The position numbers were made by a program, and so were the translations under genes. A stretch of 64,000 bases of DNA from Spirochaetes bacterium ADurb.BinA120 (GTDB lineage Bacteria; Spirochaetota; UBA4802; UBA5368). Below, piece by piece: positions 48,192 through 58,141 of the stretch (the stretch's first letter is position 1; each line of letters starts with the position of its first letter). The stretch lies in contig MVZN01000001.1 of assembly GCA_002069125.1 (NCBI GenBank), positions 5,909-69,908 on the forward strand, in the 5' to 3' direction. The notes beneath the pieces are model-generated. The model made no database searches. It saw nothing but the letters and a program-made list of their open reading frames with translations, and was not told where the DNA came from.

Positions 48192-50622
48192 ACTTTTGGT
48201 AGAGCTGCTCTCCTCCGTCCAGAAGCCGGCGCGCTACACGGGCGGAGAGTACAACCAGGTGCGGAAGGCCGGGGCACAGCTTCGCATGGCGGTCTGTTAT
48301 CCCGACCTGTACGAGGTCGGGATGTCGAATCATGGCATCAGAATATTATACGATATAGTAAACTCTATCGAATGGGCGGCGTGCGAGCGCGTTTTCGCGG
48401 TCGACATGGACATGGAGGCGCGGCTTCGGGCCATGGGCCTCCGGCTATTTACAATCGAAACCCGCACTCCGCTTTGCGAGCTCGACATGTTGGCCTTCAA
48501 CCTTTCGCACGAGCTTCTTTACACAAACCTGCTCCAGGTGCTGGACCTCGGAGGCATCCCGCTCGCGGCGGCGGACCGCGGCGAGGCCTGCCCAATCGTC
48601 ATCGCGGGCGGAGAGGCCGCATGCAATCCTGCGCCTATGGGGGAGTTTGTCGACGCCTTCTATTTGGGCGACGGCGAAGAAGGGATCGTCGAATTAGCGG
48701 AGTGTCTGCTGCGGGCGAAACGGCAGGGCGTACCGAGAACCGGGTCGCTCGCCATGTTAGAGGAGATTGAAGGCGTATACATTCCATCGCTCCACCGTTA
48801 CGTGCGGTCAAATGGACGGCTTGCGGCCGTGGAGGGTAAAAGAGTAAAAAAGCGTTCGTATCGCGCCTCCTCGCCGCATTTTCCTCTTCGCCCCATCGTC
48901 CCGAACATACGCGTCGCGCAGGACAGGGCCATCGTCGAGGTTACGCGCGGCTGCTCCAATATGTGCCGCTTCTGCCACGCGGGCTATTACGATCTTCCCT
49001 GCAGGGAATATGCCCCCGGGGCCCTCTCCGACGGGATTATGACCATGCTCGATAACTCGGGCTACGACGAGCTTACCCTCGCTTCGCTGTCCATAAGCGA
49101 TTATCGCGGGCTGGTAGACCTTCTAAACAAAATTCTTCCCGGCTTAAACGAGCGCGGGGTTTCGGTTTCGCTGCCCTCGCTTCGCGTGGATACCGGAACG
49201 CTCCCGATAATAGAAGGCGTCTCCTCCCTCAGGAAGGCCTCCCTTACCTTCGCCGTGGAATCCGCGTCGGAACAGATGCGTATGCTTGCCAACAAGAGGA
49301 TATCCACGGAGGACCTGCTTTCCATCATGGCGCATGTTTTCGAAAAGGGATGGCGCACCATAAAACTATATTTCATGATCGGCCTTCCCGGATGCGAAAC
49401 GACCGATGAAGCCGTGGAGACTGCCGCGCTTTTAAAAAGAATCGCCTCGCTTGCGAGGGGGAAAAGGGAGATAAACGTAACGGTGTCCCCTTTCGTGCCA
49501 AAACCGCTCACGCCTTTCCAGTGGGAGCGCCAGATGGACGCGGCGTACTTTCTGGATGTAGTAAAGCGCCTCAAACGGGAAGCGCCGCGCCAGGCAAGCA
49601 TAAAGAACCACAACGTGGAATCCTCGGTGCTGGAGGGGGTGCTCTCGCGCGGCGACGAGCGCCTCTCGAGCGTTATACTGGGTGCCTATATGGACGGGGC
49701 GAGGCTCGATTCGTGGAGCGAACATTTCGACTACGCCTTATGGGAGAGGAACCTAAACGCACGGCTTCCGGATTGGAGCTCTCTCCTCGAACGAAAACCG
49801 GACGATACGGTCTTCCCCTGGGATGCCGTGGAGACAGGTTTCGAGGGACTGCTGGACATTCATAAGAGCGGCCGCGTAAGCCCGTCCTCTCTTGCGAAAA
49901 GGGCCACAAGGCCCATGCCGGCCCTAACGGCGCACGATGGGTCGCTTGAGGCTTTCGAGCGGAAGTATACCGTGGCCGGCCATGCGCGGCTTCGCCTTTC
50001 CAAGACCGGCTTGGCCCGTTATGTGCCTCATATCGATTTTATCGAGATCGTAAAACGATCGCTTCGAATGGCGGGCGTACCGGTTTCGTTTTCCCAGGGA
50101 TTTAACAAGCGCGAAAGGGTGTCCTCGGGCTTCCCCCTGCCGCTCGGTGTCGAAAGCCTATGCGAGTTTCTCGATGTGGACCTGTACATGGAAACGGACG
50201 TAATGGCTTTGCCGGGCCTCATGAACGGCCGGCTTCCGGAGGGAATAAGAGTGGAATCCGCGCGCCGTCTCGACTCGAGGGAGTCGCTCATGGCGCTAAC
50301 CGGCGCGATGGAGTATGCGGCCGTCACGGAAGACGGAGAAATCCTCTCTGCGATGAGGCGGAATGTCGAATCGCGCGTCTCTTTTACGAGGGAGGCGAAA
50401 AAGGGGACGGTGGAGCTCGCCTTTGACGATGCCGTACTAAAGGCGGAATTCGATGATGAGGGGCTTCGCCTTTTACTTTCGACGGAGGAGGCGAAGGCGC
50501 TTCGCATAGACCGCGCGGTAATGGCGCTCGCCGAGATTTCAGCGGACAGGCTTCATCGCGTCCGGCTTATCAGGCTTCGCCAGTTTCGCTTGACTGAGGC
50601 CGGTCCCCTCGAGATATTTTAG
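48172..50622 (+). CDS. Radical SAM protein (B12-binding-like N-domain plus radical SAM core) fused to a C-terminal DUF2344-like domain
   Basis: CSNMCRFC (CxxxCxxC) radical SAM motif. 816 aa. Start overlaps the rsmA 3' end by 20 bp. Confidence 0.7.
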   Translation: MPPLRDELLVELLSSVQKPARYTGGEYNQVRKAGAQLRMAVCYPDLYEVGMSNHGIRILYDIVNSIEWAACERVFAVDMDMEARLRAMGLRLFTIETRTPLCELDMLAFNLSHELLYTNLLQVLDLGGIPLAAADRGEACPIVIAGGEAACNPAPMGEFVDAFYLGDGEEGIVELAECLLRAKRQGVPRTGSLAMLEEIEGVYIPSLHRYVRSNGRLAAVEGKRVKKRSYRASSPHFPLRPIVPNIRVAQDRAIVEVTRGCSNMCRFCHAGYYDLPCREYAPGALSDGIMTMLDNSGYDELTLASLSISDYRGLVDLLNKILPGLNERGVSVSLPSLRVDTGTLPIIEGVSSLRKASLTFAVESASEQMRMLANKRISTEDLLSIMAHVFEKGWRTIKLYFMIGLPGCETTDEAVETAALLKRIASLARGKREINVTVSPFVPKPLTPFQWERQMDAAYFLDVVKRLKREAPRQASIKNHNVESSVLEGVLSRGDERLSSVILGAYMDGARLDSWSEHFDYALWERNLNARLPDWSSLLERKPDDTVFPWDAVETGFEGLLDIHKSGRVSPSSLAKRATRPMPALTAHDGSLEAFERKYTVAGHARLRLSKTGLARYVPHIDFIEIVKRSLRMAGVPVSFSQGFNKRERVSSGFPLPLGVESLCEFLDVDLYMETDVMALPGLMNGRLPEGIRVESARRLDSRESLMALTGAMEYAAVTEDGEILSAMRRNVESRVSFTREAKKGTVELAFDDAVLKAEFDDEGLRLLLSTEEAKALRIDRAVMALAEISADRLHRVRLIRLRQFRLTEAGPLEIF

Positions 50623-50677
50623 GGGACCGGGACCCTCGGCGGATTTTCACGCCGAGAGCGCTGTAAGGAGGTGCGGA

Positions 50678-51469
50678 ATGGATCTAGGCTTGCGGAACAG
50701 GGTTGCCGTAGTTACGGCGTCGAGCAGGGGGCTCGGCCGCGCCGTGGCCGAGGCGCTTGCGGCCGAAGGGGCGAGGCTCGCCCTGTGCTCCAGGGACGCC
50801 GACGCGATACGGAAGACCGCGGAGATTATCGGAGATAATTACGGGGTGGATGTATTTGCCGCTCCGTGCGACGTGACCGATCCATCGGCGGTGGAGGCCT
50901 TCGCCGGGGAGGCGCTTCGGCGCTTAGGCGAGGTCCATATACTTTTCGCCAACGCGGGCGGGCCTCCGCCGGGCATAGTTCAGGATTTCGCTCCCGAGGA
51001 CTTCCGTAAGGCCCTGGAGCTCAATCTTCTAAGCACCATCGGCCTTGTGCACGCCTTTATGCCCGCCATGAAGCGCCTCGGGTGGGGCCGCATCATCGCC
51101 TCCACGTCGATAACCGTAAAACAGCCGGCTCCGAACCTCGCGCTCTCCAACGTATCGCGCGTCGGCGTGGTCGCTTACATGAAGACGCTCGCCGGCGAGC
51201 TCGCCTCGCACAACATCACCTGCAACACGGTCGCGCCTGGCTATATCCTGACGGACCGCGTCGAGGGTCTTATAGCTGGAATGATGGAAAAATCCAAAAT
51301 GGCATACGAGGAGGCGAGGCGCTCCATCACCGCGGGGATACCGGCCGGACGTATAGGATCTCCGGAGGAGTTCGGCTCGCTTGTCGCCTTTCTGGCCTCG
51401 GAGAGGGCGGCATACATCACGGGAGAGACCATCCTTATCGACGGCGGGGCGTACCGCGGGCTTATGTGA
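50678..51469 (+). CDS. SDR family oxidoreductase
   Basis: VTASSRGLG cofactor motif, NAG, catalytic YxxxK region. Confidence 0.8.
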   Translation: MDLGLRNRVAVVTASSRGLGRAVAEALAAEGARLALCSRDADAIRKTAEIIGDNYGVDVFAAPCDVTDPSAVEAFAGEALRRLGEVHILFANAGGPPPGIVQDFAPEDFRKALELNLLSTIGLVHAFMPAMKRLGWGRIIASTSITVKQPAPNLALSNVSRVGVVAYMKTLAGELASHNITCNTVAPGYILTDRVEGLIAGMMEKSKMAYEEARRSITAGIPAGRIGSPEEFGSLVAFLASERAAYITGETILIDGGAYRGLM

Positions 51470-51595
51470 GTCGGTCCCGCCGATAGACCGCGAGGCTAAA
51501 ACCGGCGGCCGGTTCGACCACTCCCGCCCTGCGACGTCATCGATCGTGGGGCGAAGGATTTTTCTCGCGGCCGAACCATGCCGGCAAAGCGCACT

Positions 51596-52894
51596 TTACG
51601 AAATCTCCTCCTTCGCAAGCGCCGATTCCTTCATCAGGCAGCTCAGCACGACATTCACTACGGCCAGCGCGATGAACCCGATCATGAATGGCGTAAGCGT
51701 GATGGTGCTTTCCGCCCTGTTAGCGTCGGCCATGGCTTCGATGGTTACATGCCCCAGTATGGCCATCAGCGTGATAAAAATGGTGCCGGAAACCTGTCCC
51801 GAAAGAACGATCATCCCCTGCGAGGTCGACTCGGGGGCCGGATGGCTCACCTCGGCGGCGTACTGGTAGCCGATCGGGGCCGCGCCCATGAAGAAAAAGC
51901 CGAAAACACCGCTGGCGATGAGCAGCAATGCGTAGGAGGACGCAAAGGTAAGCCCCGCAAGCCCCGGGATGAGGCCCAGCATGCAGATCACCAGAAAGAG
52001 TTTTCGTTTCATGAGCCTGTCGGAGAAAATCGGCACGACAATGGCTCCCAGAACTCCCGCAATCATCATGAGGGCGCCGATGTCCCCAGCTTCGTGACCA
52101 CCGGCCTTGTAGCCCTTGCCCGCGAGAATGAGGTCTACGAAAGTGGTGATGGCGTTGAACATCCCGAGGCCGATGAAGAAAATCAGCAGCAGAAATATCA
52201 TGTCGCGCTGCCGGAAAAGGTGGCGCAGCCCGTCGAACATGCCGTAGCGCTCCTCGGCCGATTCCGCGTCCGGCGGTGAAGGGGGTTTGTCTCTGACGAT
52301 TAGGATGAACAGCACGGCTGAAACGATAGAGACGTAACCGTAAACCGTAAGCATCGATTTCATCGCCGGCAGGGTCAGGGCGGTGCTTCCCGCCGGAAGA
52401 AACATTTCGGCGATGGGCCGTGTGGCCGCCATGGCTATTATGATTCCAATGAACTGAAAGAGCGCGGTAACTCCCGAAGCTGTCGCCCGTTCGTTGATGG
52501 GGAACCATTCGGCCGCCACCTTGGTGATGGCGTTCATGATGAATGGCTGGGCCGCCGCCAGCGCAAACTGCGCCAGGCACACGGCGGTGTAACTCTCGCC
52601 TCCCACCCCGCGGACATAGCCGAATACACCGGTGAGCGCGGCGCCGATTCCAACGCCGATACGGATTCCATAGCGCCCGATGATGTACGACGCCGGCACG
52701 CTCATGACGAGGTACACGAGCATGAACGACATGGAAAGCAACACGATCCAGAAGGCGGAGACGCCGTACAGCGCCATTGCGTCCACCGTAACAGGCGCAA
52801 AGGTTATCCAGTCGAGTTGTATGACGCCGTTGAGGAGCGCGAATACAAGGAGAACCATCCATCGGTATGCGTAAACCGTATACGTTTTCTGCAT
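51596..52894 (-). CDS. MFS transporter
   Basis: 12 predicted TM helices, MFS-like loop motifs. GGAGG RBS. Confidence 0.75.
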   Translation of the reverse strand: MQKTYTVYAYRWMVLLVFALLNGVIQLDWITFAPVTVDAMALYGVSAFWIVLLSMSFMLVYLVMSVPASYIIGRYGIRIGVGIGAALTGVFGYVRGVGGESYTAVCLAQFALAAAQPFIMNAITKVAAEWFPINERATASGVTALFQFIGIIIAMAATRPIAEMFLPAGSTALTLPAMKSMLTVYGYVSIVSAVLFILIVRDKPPSPPDAESAEERYGMFDGLRHLFRQRDMIFLLLIFFIGLGMFNAITTFVDLILAGKGYKAGGHEAGDIGALMMIAGVLGAIVVPIFSDRLMKRKLFLVICMLGLIPGLAGLTFASSYALLLIASGVFGFFFMGAAPIGYQYAAEVSHPAPESTSQGMIVLSGQVSGTIFITLMAILGHVTIEAMADANRAESTITLTPFMIGFIALAVVNVVLSCLMKESALAKEEIS

Positions 52895-53145
52895 GCAGAA
52901 TCCTCCGTGTTCAGGATATGGCTCTCGTGCCGGCGGAGGCTGGCGGGTCGGCGCGCGCAGGGAGATCCCTGTGAGGAAAAGCTCCTGGAGTCATAATTGC
53001 GGGGGATCATGACGCATGCGTCGGGAAAAGTCAATTCAAAAATAGTAAAGTGTAATAATACATTTCTCCGGGGCGGGGGCGGAGATCTCATGTGCGAAAA
53101 GATCGAACGCGAAGCCGGTCACGGAATGGTGTCCCGGTACGCTGT

Positions 53146-55512
53146 TTATAAACCAAGCCTGGTCCTCGCGATGATTTCGCCCTTTACCGAGTCGGGCAGA
53201 TCGTCGAAGTACGCCGAGTAGCCCGCGACGCGCACCACAAGCCCCGGGTGTGTTCCCGGATTCCGCCGGGCCTCCTCGAGCGCGGCGGGATCGACCACGT
53301 TGAACTGCATCTCCATCCCCCCCGAAGCGAAGAAGCCTTTTGCGAGCGCCGTCAAAACGGAAAGCCCGCGTTCTCCCGCGACCGTGTGCGGGTCGAACCG
53401 CAGGTTGAGGGCGTATCCGTTGGGCGCCAGCTCGGACTCTATCCTGGCGACGGAGTTGAGGAGCGCCGTGGGGCCCAGGCGGTCTCGCCCCTGGGACGGG
53501 TCGAGGCTGGCGGCGAAGGGCTCGCCCGAACGCCTGCCGCTCGGGAGGGCCCCGGTGTACCGACCGAAGCCGACATGGGAAGTCGAGGAGTAAAAGCCGG
53601 GAACATACGGCCCCCCACGCGTGTTCAGGTGCCGGGCGAGAGCGGAATGAAAAATCCGCACGACCATGGCCGCGTAGCCGTCGGGAAGTTCGACATCGTT
53701 TCCGTATTTGGGCGCGTTGAGCAATTCGGCCCGCATGACCGGATCGGAGGTGAAATCCGTCCGCATCGCGTCAATTACCTGCGTCAGCGTATAGCGTTGC
53801 CTCCGGTAAACGATATGATCGAGGGCCGCCAGGGAGTCCGCGGTGTCCGCTACGCCCACACCCTGTATCCCGCTGGAGTTGTACAGCGCGCCACCGGCGG
53901 TCGTGTCTTTCCCGGATTCGATGCATCCGTCCACCAGCATGGAAGAAAACGGGGTGGGGTGATAATCGCGGTTGCCGCGTTCGATGACCTGAATATCGGA
54001 GATGAACCGGCCAACCATGTGGGATACCTGCGCACGGAACGCCTCGAGAAGATCTTCGATACCGCCGAAGCCCGCAGGGGACGGCGTATATGCTCCCACG
54101 CGGGCGCCTCCGCAGAGGCGCCTCCCCCGGTTGAGCGCGAGTTCGAGGCATACGGGCAGATTGAAGAGCGCGGCATCGGTCGAGAAGAAGCTCTTTCCCG
54201 GCAGGGCCAGCTCCACGCAGCCGACCACGCCGTAGTTGCGCGCTTCTTCCTGCGGATAGCCGTGACGCAGCAGTGCCGATATCGACGCCTCATCGTTGAA
54301 GAGGGCGGGAACGCCGTTCCCCCTCCTCGCCACATCCACGGCTCTCAGCACATAGCGCTCGGGTGCTCCGGGGTGAATGCGCGCCTGGTAGTTCGGGTCG
54401 CGCAGCCCGGATTCTTCCATAACATCCAGGAAGATATAGGTGAGATCATTGACCGCGTCATTTCCGTCCTCGTCGATGCCTCCAACGATGGCCGCCTGTG
54501 CCACGAGATATCCGCCGTGGTATTCGCTGGTGCGCTCGGAGAGAAGAAAGACATGTTCCGTCGCCTTGGCGGAGAAGCAGAGAAGAAGCTCGCGCGCACG
54601 CTCCGGCGTGATGCTTCCCGCTTCGAGGTCGTCGCGGAAATAGGGATAGAGATACTGGTCGATCCGCCCGAATGAAACGGCCGAATTGATGCTCTCAAGG
54701 CATACCCCCATGTGGGATAGCCAGAGGGACTGGACCGCCTCGTGGAACGTTCCTGCGGGCTCAAACGGAACCTTCGCGCAGATGCGCTCTATCTCCTTCA
54801 GCTCGGCCCGGCGCTCCGCGTCGCTTTCGGTTTGCGCGAGCCGCGCCGCCTCAGCCGCGAGTTTCCCCGCGAAAGCGACGATTCCGTCGCATGCGATAAT
54901 CGCCGCGCGGTGGAAGTCCGCCCCGCCTTTCTCAAGCTCTTCGATATATCCGCGGATTCCGATCTTCAGGATTCTTTCGTAGTTTGGAAGGAAATGCCCG
55001 ATGCCTCCGGCCTCGTTTATAAGGTAATACGTCGCGTTGAGCTGCTCGGCCGCATAGCGCAGGAAACGTCCGATGCGCGGGTAGAACGCGCGGAAGACAA
55101 GATTGCGGAAAGACCAGTATGGCACCACGCGCGTGAAAAGCTTCAGGCGATCGCGCCGGGATATCCGCATGGGGTTCGTGCCTCTTTTCTCGATGCGGGC
55201 GAGGTCCGCGATCATCGAAATGACGCCCGAGAGCTCCGGCTGGATTATGGCGGATTTCCTGCGGGTGCCCATATTGCCGGCTATCAGCTCATCGGGGAAG
55301 ATGATCGCGGACTTCGAGCTCATCAGGTGCCGGAAGGCCTTTGCCTTGCGGACGATCATCGGATCCGCCGGTGAATCGTGCCTCTTGAAGTATTCGGTGA
55401 CCAGGTATGCCCTCTCGGGGCACAGATGCATGGGCTCACCGAGAAGCGCGTTCTTTATCCGCTGGAAGCGTGCGGATCGATGATCCAGGAGTACGGCACT
55501 GTTTTCAATCAT
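53146..55512 (-). CDS. Glycyl radical enzyme, PFL2/glycerol-dehydratase-like clade
   Basis: PFL2-type N-terminus (PMHLCPERAYLVTEYFKR). Active-site GCVE (thiyl Cys plus Glu). C-terminal glycyl-radical motif VVRVAGYSAYF. Confidence 0.85.
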   Translation of the reverse strand: MIENSAVLLDHRSARFQRIKNALLGEPMHLCPERAYLVTEYFKRHDSPADPMIVRKAKAFRHLMSSKSAIIFPDELIAGNMGTRRKSAIIQPELSGVISMIADLARIEKRGTNPMRISRRDRLKLFTRVVPYWSFRNLVFRAFYPRIGRFLRYAAEQLNATYYLINEAGGIGHFLPNYERILKIGIRGYIEELEKGGADFHRAAIIACDGIVAFAGKLAAEAARLAQTESDAERRAELKEIERICAKVPFEPAGTFHEAVQSLWLSHMGVCLESINSAVSFGRIDQYLYPYFRDDLEAGSITPERARELLLCFSAKATEHVFLLSERTSEYHGGYLVAQAAIVGGIDEDGNDAVNDLTYIFLDVMEESGLRDPNYQARIHPGAPERYVLRAVDVARRGNGVPALFNDEASISALLRHGYPQEEARNYGVVGCVELALPGKSFFSTDAALFNLPVCLELALNRGRRLCGGARVGAYTPSPAGFGGIEDLLEAFRAQVSHMVGRFISDIQVIERGNRDYHPTPFSSMLVDGCIESGKDTTAGGALYNSSGIQGVGVADTADSLAALDHIVYRRQRYTLTQVIDAMRTDFTSDPVMRAELLNAPKYGNDVELPDGYAAMVVRIFHSALARHLNTRGGPYVPGFYSSTSHVGFGRYTGALPSGRRSGEPFAASLDPSQGRDRLGPTALLNSVARIESELAPNGYALNLRFDPHTVAGERGLSVLTALAKGFFASGGMEMQFNVVDPAALEEARRNPGTHPGLVVRVAGYSAYFDDLPDSVKGEIIARTRLGL

Positions 55513-55597
55513 GTCGACCTTTCCTTCGCGATTCGGGGAATACCCGGTTGCGATACCGTCGCCGGAAACGCGGTCCCCACGGTCTCACGGAATATCA

Positions 55598-56419
55598 TCA
55601 TTTCCCTTGTTCTATACCTATTTCCGAAATACAGGTATCGTTGTACTTCGTTCCCCTGTACACGGAAAGTATCTCGACGGCGAGAAAGGTGCTGTCTTTG
55701 TGATCAACGGCCGGTTTCCCGTTTTCGATAACGCTCCGGAAGGCCAGTCCCCTGCGAGGCGGCAGGGGGAGCGGTTGCCAGCCGTTCAGATCCTTCAGGG
55801 TGACTTCATGAGAGCCAACCACGGTAATGTCTTCGAAAACGAGACCAGTTTCGTACTGGCCGATCTCCTTGCGGGCCTGTCTGGCCTGTAAGGCCCATAT
55901 CCTGATTTTTCGGGCGCGGTTGTTGGCCTTATATAGATGGTCGCTCGCGCCAAGCCCGCTCCATATCCGTACGGGTTTTGTCGTGTCCACCTTCACGACG
56001 AGTACTTCGCCGACACCTTCGTCCTTTTTTCCTTCGCACCATGCGGTCGAGGTATCGCCGTCCATGGCGCTGAGGGCGGTGTACATGCACGACCAGTTTT
56101 CAAGGGCCCTCCAGGATGCGTATTCGGCCTCGTCTTCGTCCATGTTCGCGGTGGGAATTGGCTTGACGGGAGGCTTGCCGGTCGCCCCGAGGTGTGAGCT
56201 GCTCCAGTCGCAGATATCGCCGCCCATATGCACGCCTCCCCACCAGGTGAGCGCGCCGATGGATCCTTTCTTTAACAATTCGGGCAACCTGGGATTGCCG
56301 GCCCTGCCACAAGGGGTGGCCGTTTCGGCCTGAGCGCGGACATTCGTGGAGAATGACATGAACGCGACCGCGAGCACCATCGGTACGACCGCACAATATT
56401 TTCTGATGAAGGATGACAT
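55598..56419 (-). CDS. Hypothetical secreted protein (possible discoidin/F5-8-type-C-like carbohydrate-binding domain)
   Basis: Signal peptide MSSFIRKYCAVVPMVLAVAFMSFSTNVRAQA. DGDTSTAWCEG motif is reminiscent of discoidin domains. GGAGG RBS. Confidence 0.5.
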   Translation of the reverse strand: MSSFIRKYCAVVPMVLAVAFMSFSTNVRAQAETATPCGRAGNPRLPELLKKGSIGALTWWGGVHMGGDICDWSSSHLGATGKPPVKPIPTANMDEDEAEYASWRALENWSCMYTALSAMDGDTSTAWCEGKKDEGVGEVLVVKVDTTKPVRIWSGLGASDHLYKANNRARKIRIWALQARQARKEIGQYETGLVFEDITVVGSHEVTLKDLNGWQPLPLPPRRGLAFRSVIENGKPAVDHKDSTFLAVEILSVYRGTKYNDTCISEIGIEQGK

Positions 56420-56831
56420 GGTGTTTCCTCCATACCGGCCACATCGTGTATCGGGCATGCGAAGATCGGAATGATGAACCGTACCACCATGATTTCTCCT
56501 TGTCAAACGATAAAGACACCGTGCATCTACTATCAGTGCGGCTTGCTCCGCGACCGTCCCGGGCGTTCCGGATGGCAGGCCTCAGCAAGAGCCGTGATTC
56601 GGCGCCCTCCTGAAGGTAGTATACGGATAGGCTGATCGCGGATAAAATATAACGAGCGTTCACTCATATTTTTGCAACCTGTACGCCGGACCCGTGTCTG
56701 TCTGTGTATACGGGGCGTGGATTATCGGAGGCATGCCTTTTCCGGCAATACCGGTGGTTTCATACGGCCTCTATACCGTACGCCCGTAACGCCATGGAAT
56801 CCTGAATACGGAGGAGTTAAAAATCGTCCGC

Positions 56832-58115
56832 ATGAAAAAGAAATTCGACGAAACGGACCTCGCACGGAAATCACTCGTGTTAACCGGAAAGCTTATCGAA
56901 GAGTGCGGTCCGCGACTGGCGGGTGGAGAGGGCGGCCGAAGGGCCGCGGAAAAACTGCATGAGAACCTGGAACGCTGCTGCGACAGGGCGCACCTGGAAA
57001 CATTCAGCATGCATCCCGGCTCATTCCTGGGCTTTATGTACACATCGTCCACCCTGTTTATCGCGGCGACCTTCCTGCTGCTGTTCGATTACGTGCTTGC
57101 GGCGGCGGCAGGGTATACGCTGGCACAGATCATGGCCTTCACCCAGTTCATCTGTTACTGGCAGGTGTTCGATCCGCTGTATCCCGAACGCGAAGGACGA
57201 AACGTGTATGGCGTCATAGAACCGGTGGAAGAGGCGCGCTCGCAGATAGTCGTAAGCGGGCATCATGATAGCGCGTACGAGTTTACCCTCATGGCGCGTA
57301 TGCCGCGCGGCTACCGGATCTGCGTTGCGGGAATGATATCCGCTCTTACGGTTGCGCCGGTTTTCGCCTGGATAATCGCGGGGTTTCGATTCATGGAAGG
57401 AACAACACCGCAATTCGCCACTTATTTCACCTGGGGCGCTTTCGTCTGTTTCGTGTTCATAGTGCCGATGTATTTTTTTATGGGCAAAAACGGTACTCCC
57501 GGGGCCGGCGACAATCTTATAGCGTCGGCAATGGTGGTCGAGCTGGCGCGATATTTTGGAGAATTGAAGAAGGCCGGAGGGGGCGTGCCGCGGCACACGC
57601 GGCTCGTGTTCGCCAGTTTCGACGCGGAAGAGGCGGGGCTCAGGGGGTCGCGGGCATTCGCGAAGCGACACCGCGCGGAACTGCTCTCGATTCCGACCAG
57701 GGTCTTAAACCTTGACAGCATATACCGCGCGGACAGGATAAAATTTCTCGTGTCGGATATCAACGGGTTCGTGAAGCTGTCCCGCTCCATGGCGGAGGAA
57801 TGCGTCGCCCTCGCCGGGAGGGCCGGGTACGAGGCGAAGCTCTTCCGGGTATATCCCGGCGTAGGCGGCACGGACGCCGCGGAATTCGCGAAGATAGGGG
57901 TGGAGGCGACCACGCTGATCGCCCTTCCCACCGACGTCGAAAAGGAGCGCATGGTGTATCACACGCGGGATGACACCGTCGAGAACATCGAGCCGGGGGC
58001 CGTGGAGGCCTGTCTTAAAATAGTCCATGAATATGTCATGAAGAAGTGCGCCGATACCTGTGGGGAAGGGACCGCAACGGCCGCCGGGGTTCTGGGTTTA
58101 CCGGAGTTGAAATAA
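56832..58115 (+). CDS. M28-family (Zn) peptidase with inserted transmembrane segments
   Basis: SGHHDSAYEF and FASFDAEEAGLRGSRAF motifs of M28 aminopeptidases. Confidence 0.6.
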   Translation: MKKKFDETDLARKSLVLTGKLIEECGPRLAGGEGGRRAAEKLHENLERCCDRAHLETFSMHPGSFLGFMYTSSTLFIAATFLLLFDYVLAAAAGYTLAQIMAFTQFICYWQVFDPLYPEREGRNVYGVIEPVEEARSQIVVSGHHDSAYEFTLMARMPRGYRICVAGMISALTVAPVFAWIIAGFRFMEGTTPQFATYFTWGAFVCFVFIVPMYFFMGKNGTPGAGDNLIASAMVVELARYFGELKKAGGGVPRHTRLVFASFDAEEAGLRGSRAFAKRHRAELLSIPTRVLNLDSIYRADRIKFLVSDINGFVKLSRSMAEECVALAGRAGYEAKLFRVYPGVGGTDAAEFAKIGVEATTLIALPTDVEKERMVYHTRDDTVENIEPGAVEACLKIVHEYVMKKCADTCGEGTATAAGVLGLPELK

Positions 58116-58141
58116 GGAAGGAGGCAATCGGAAAAACCGTC

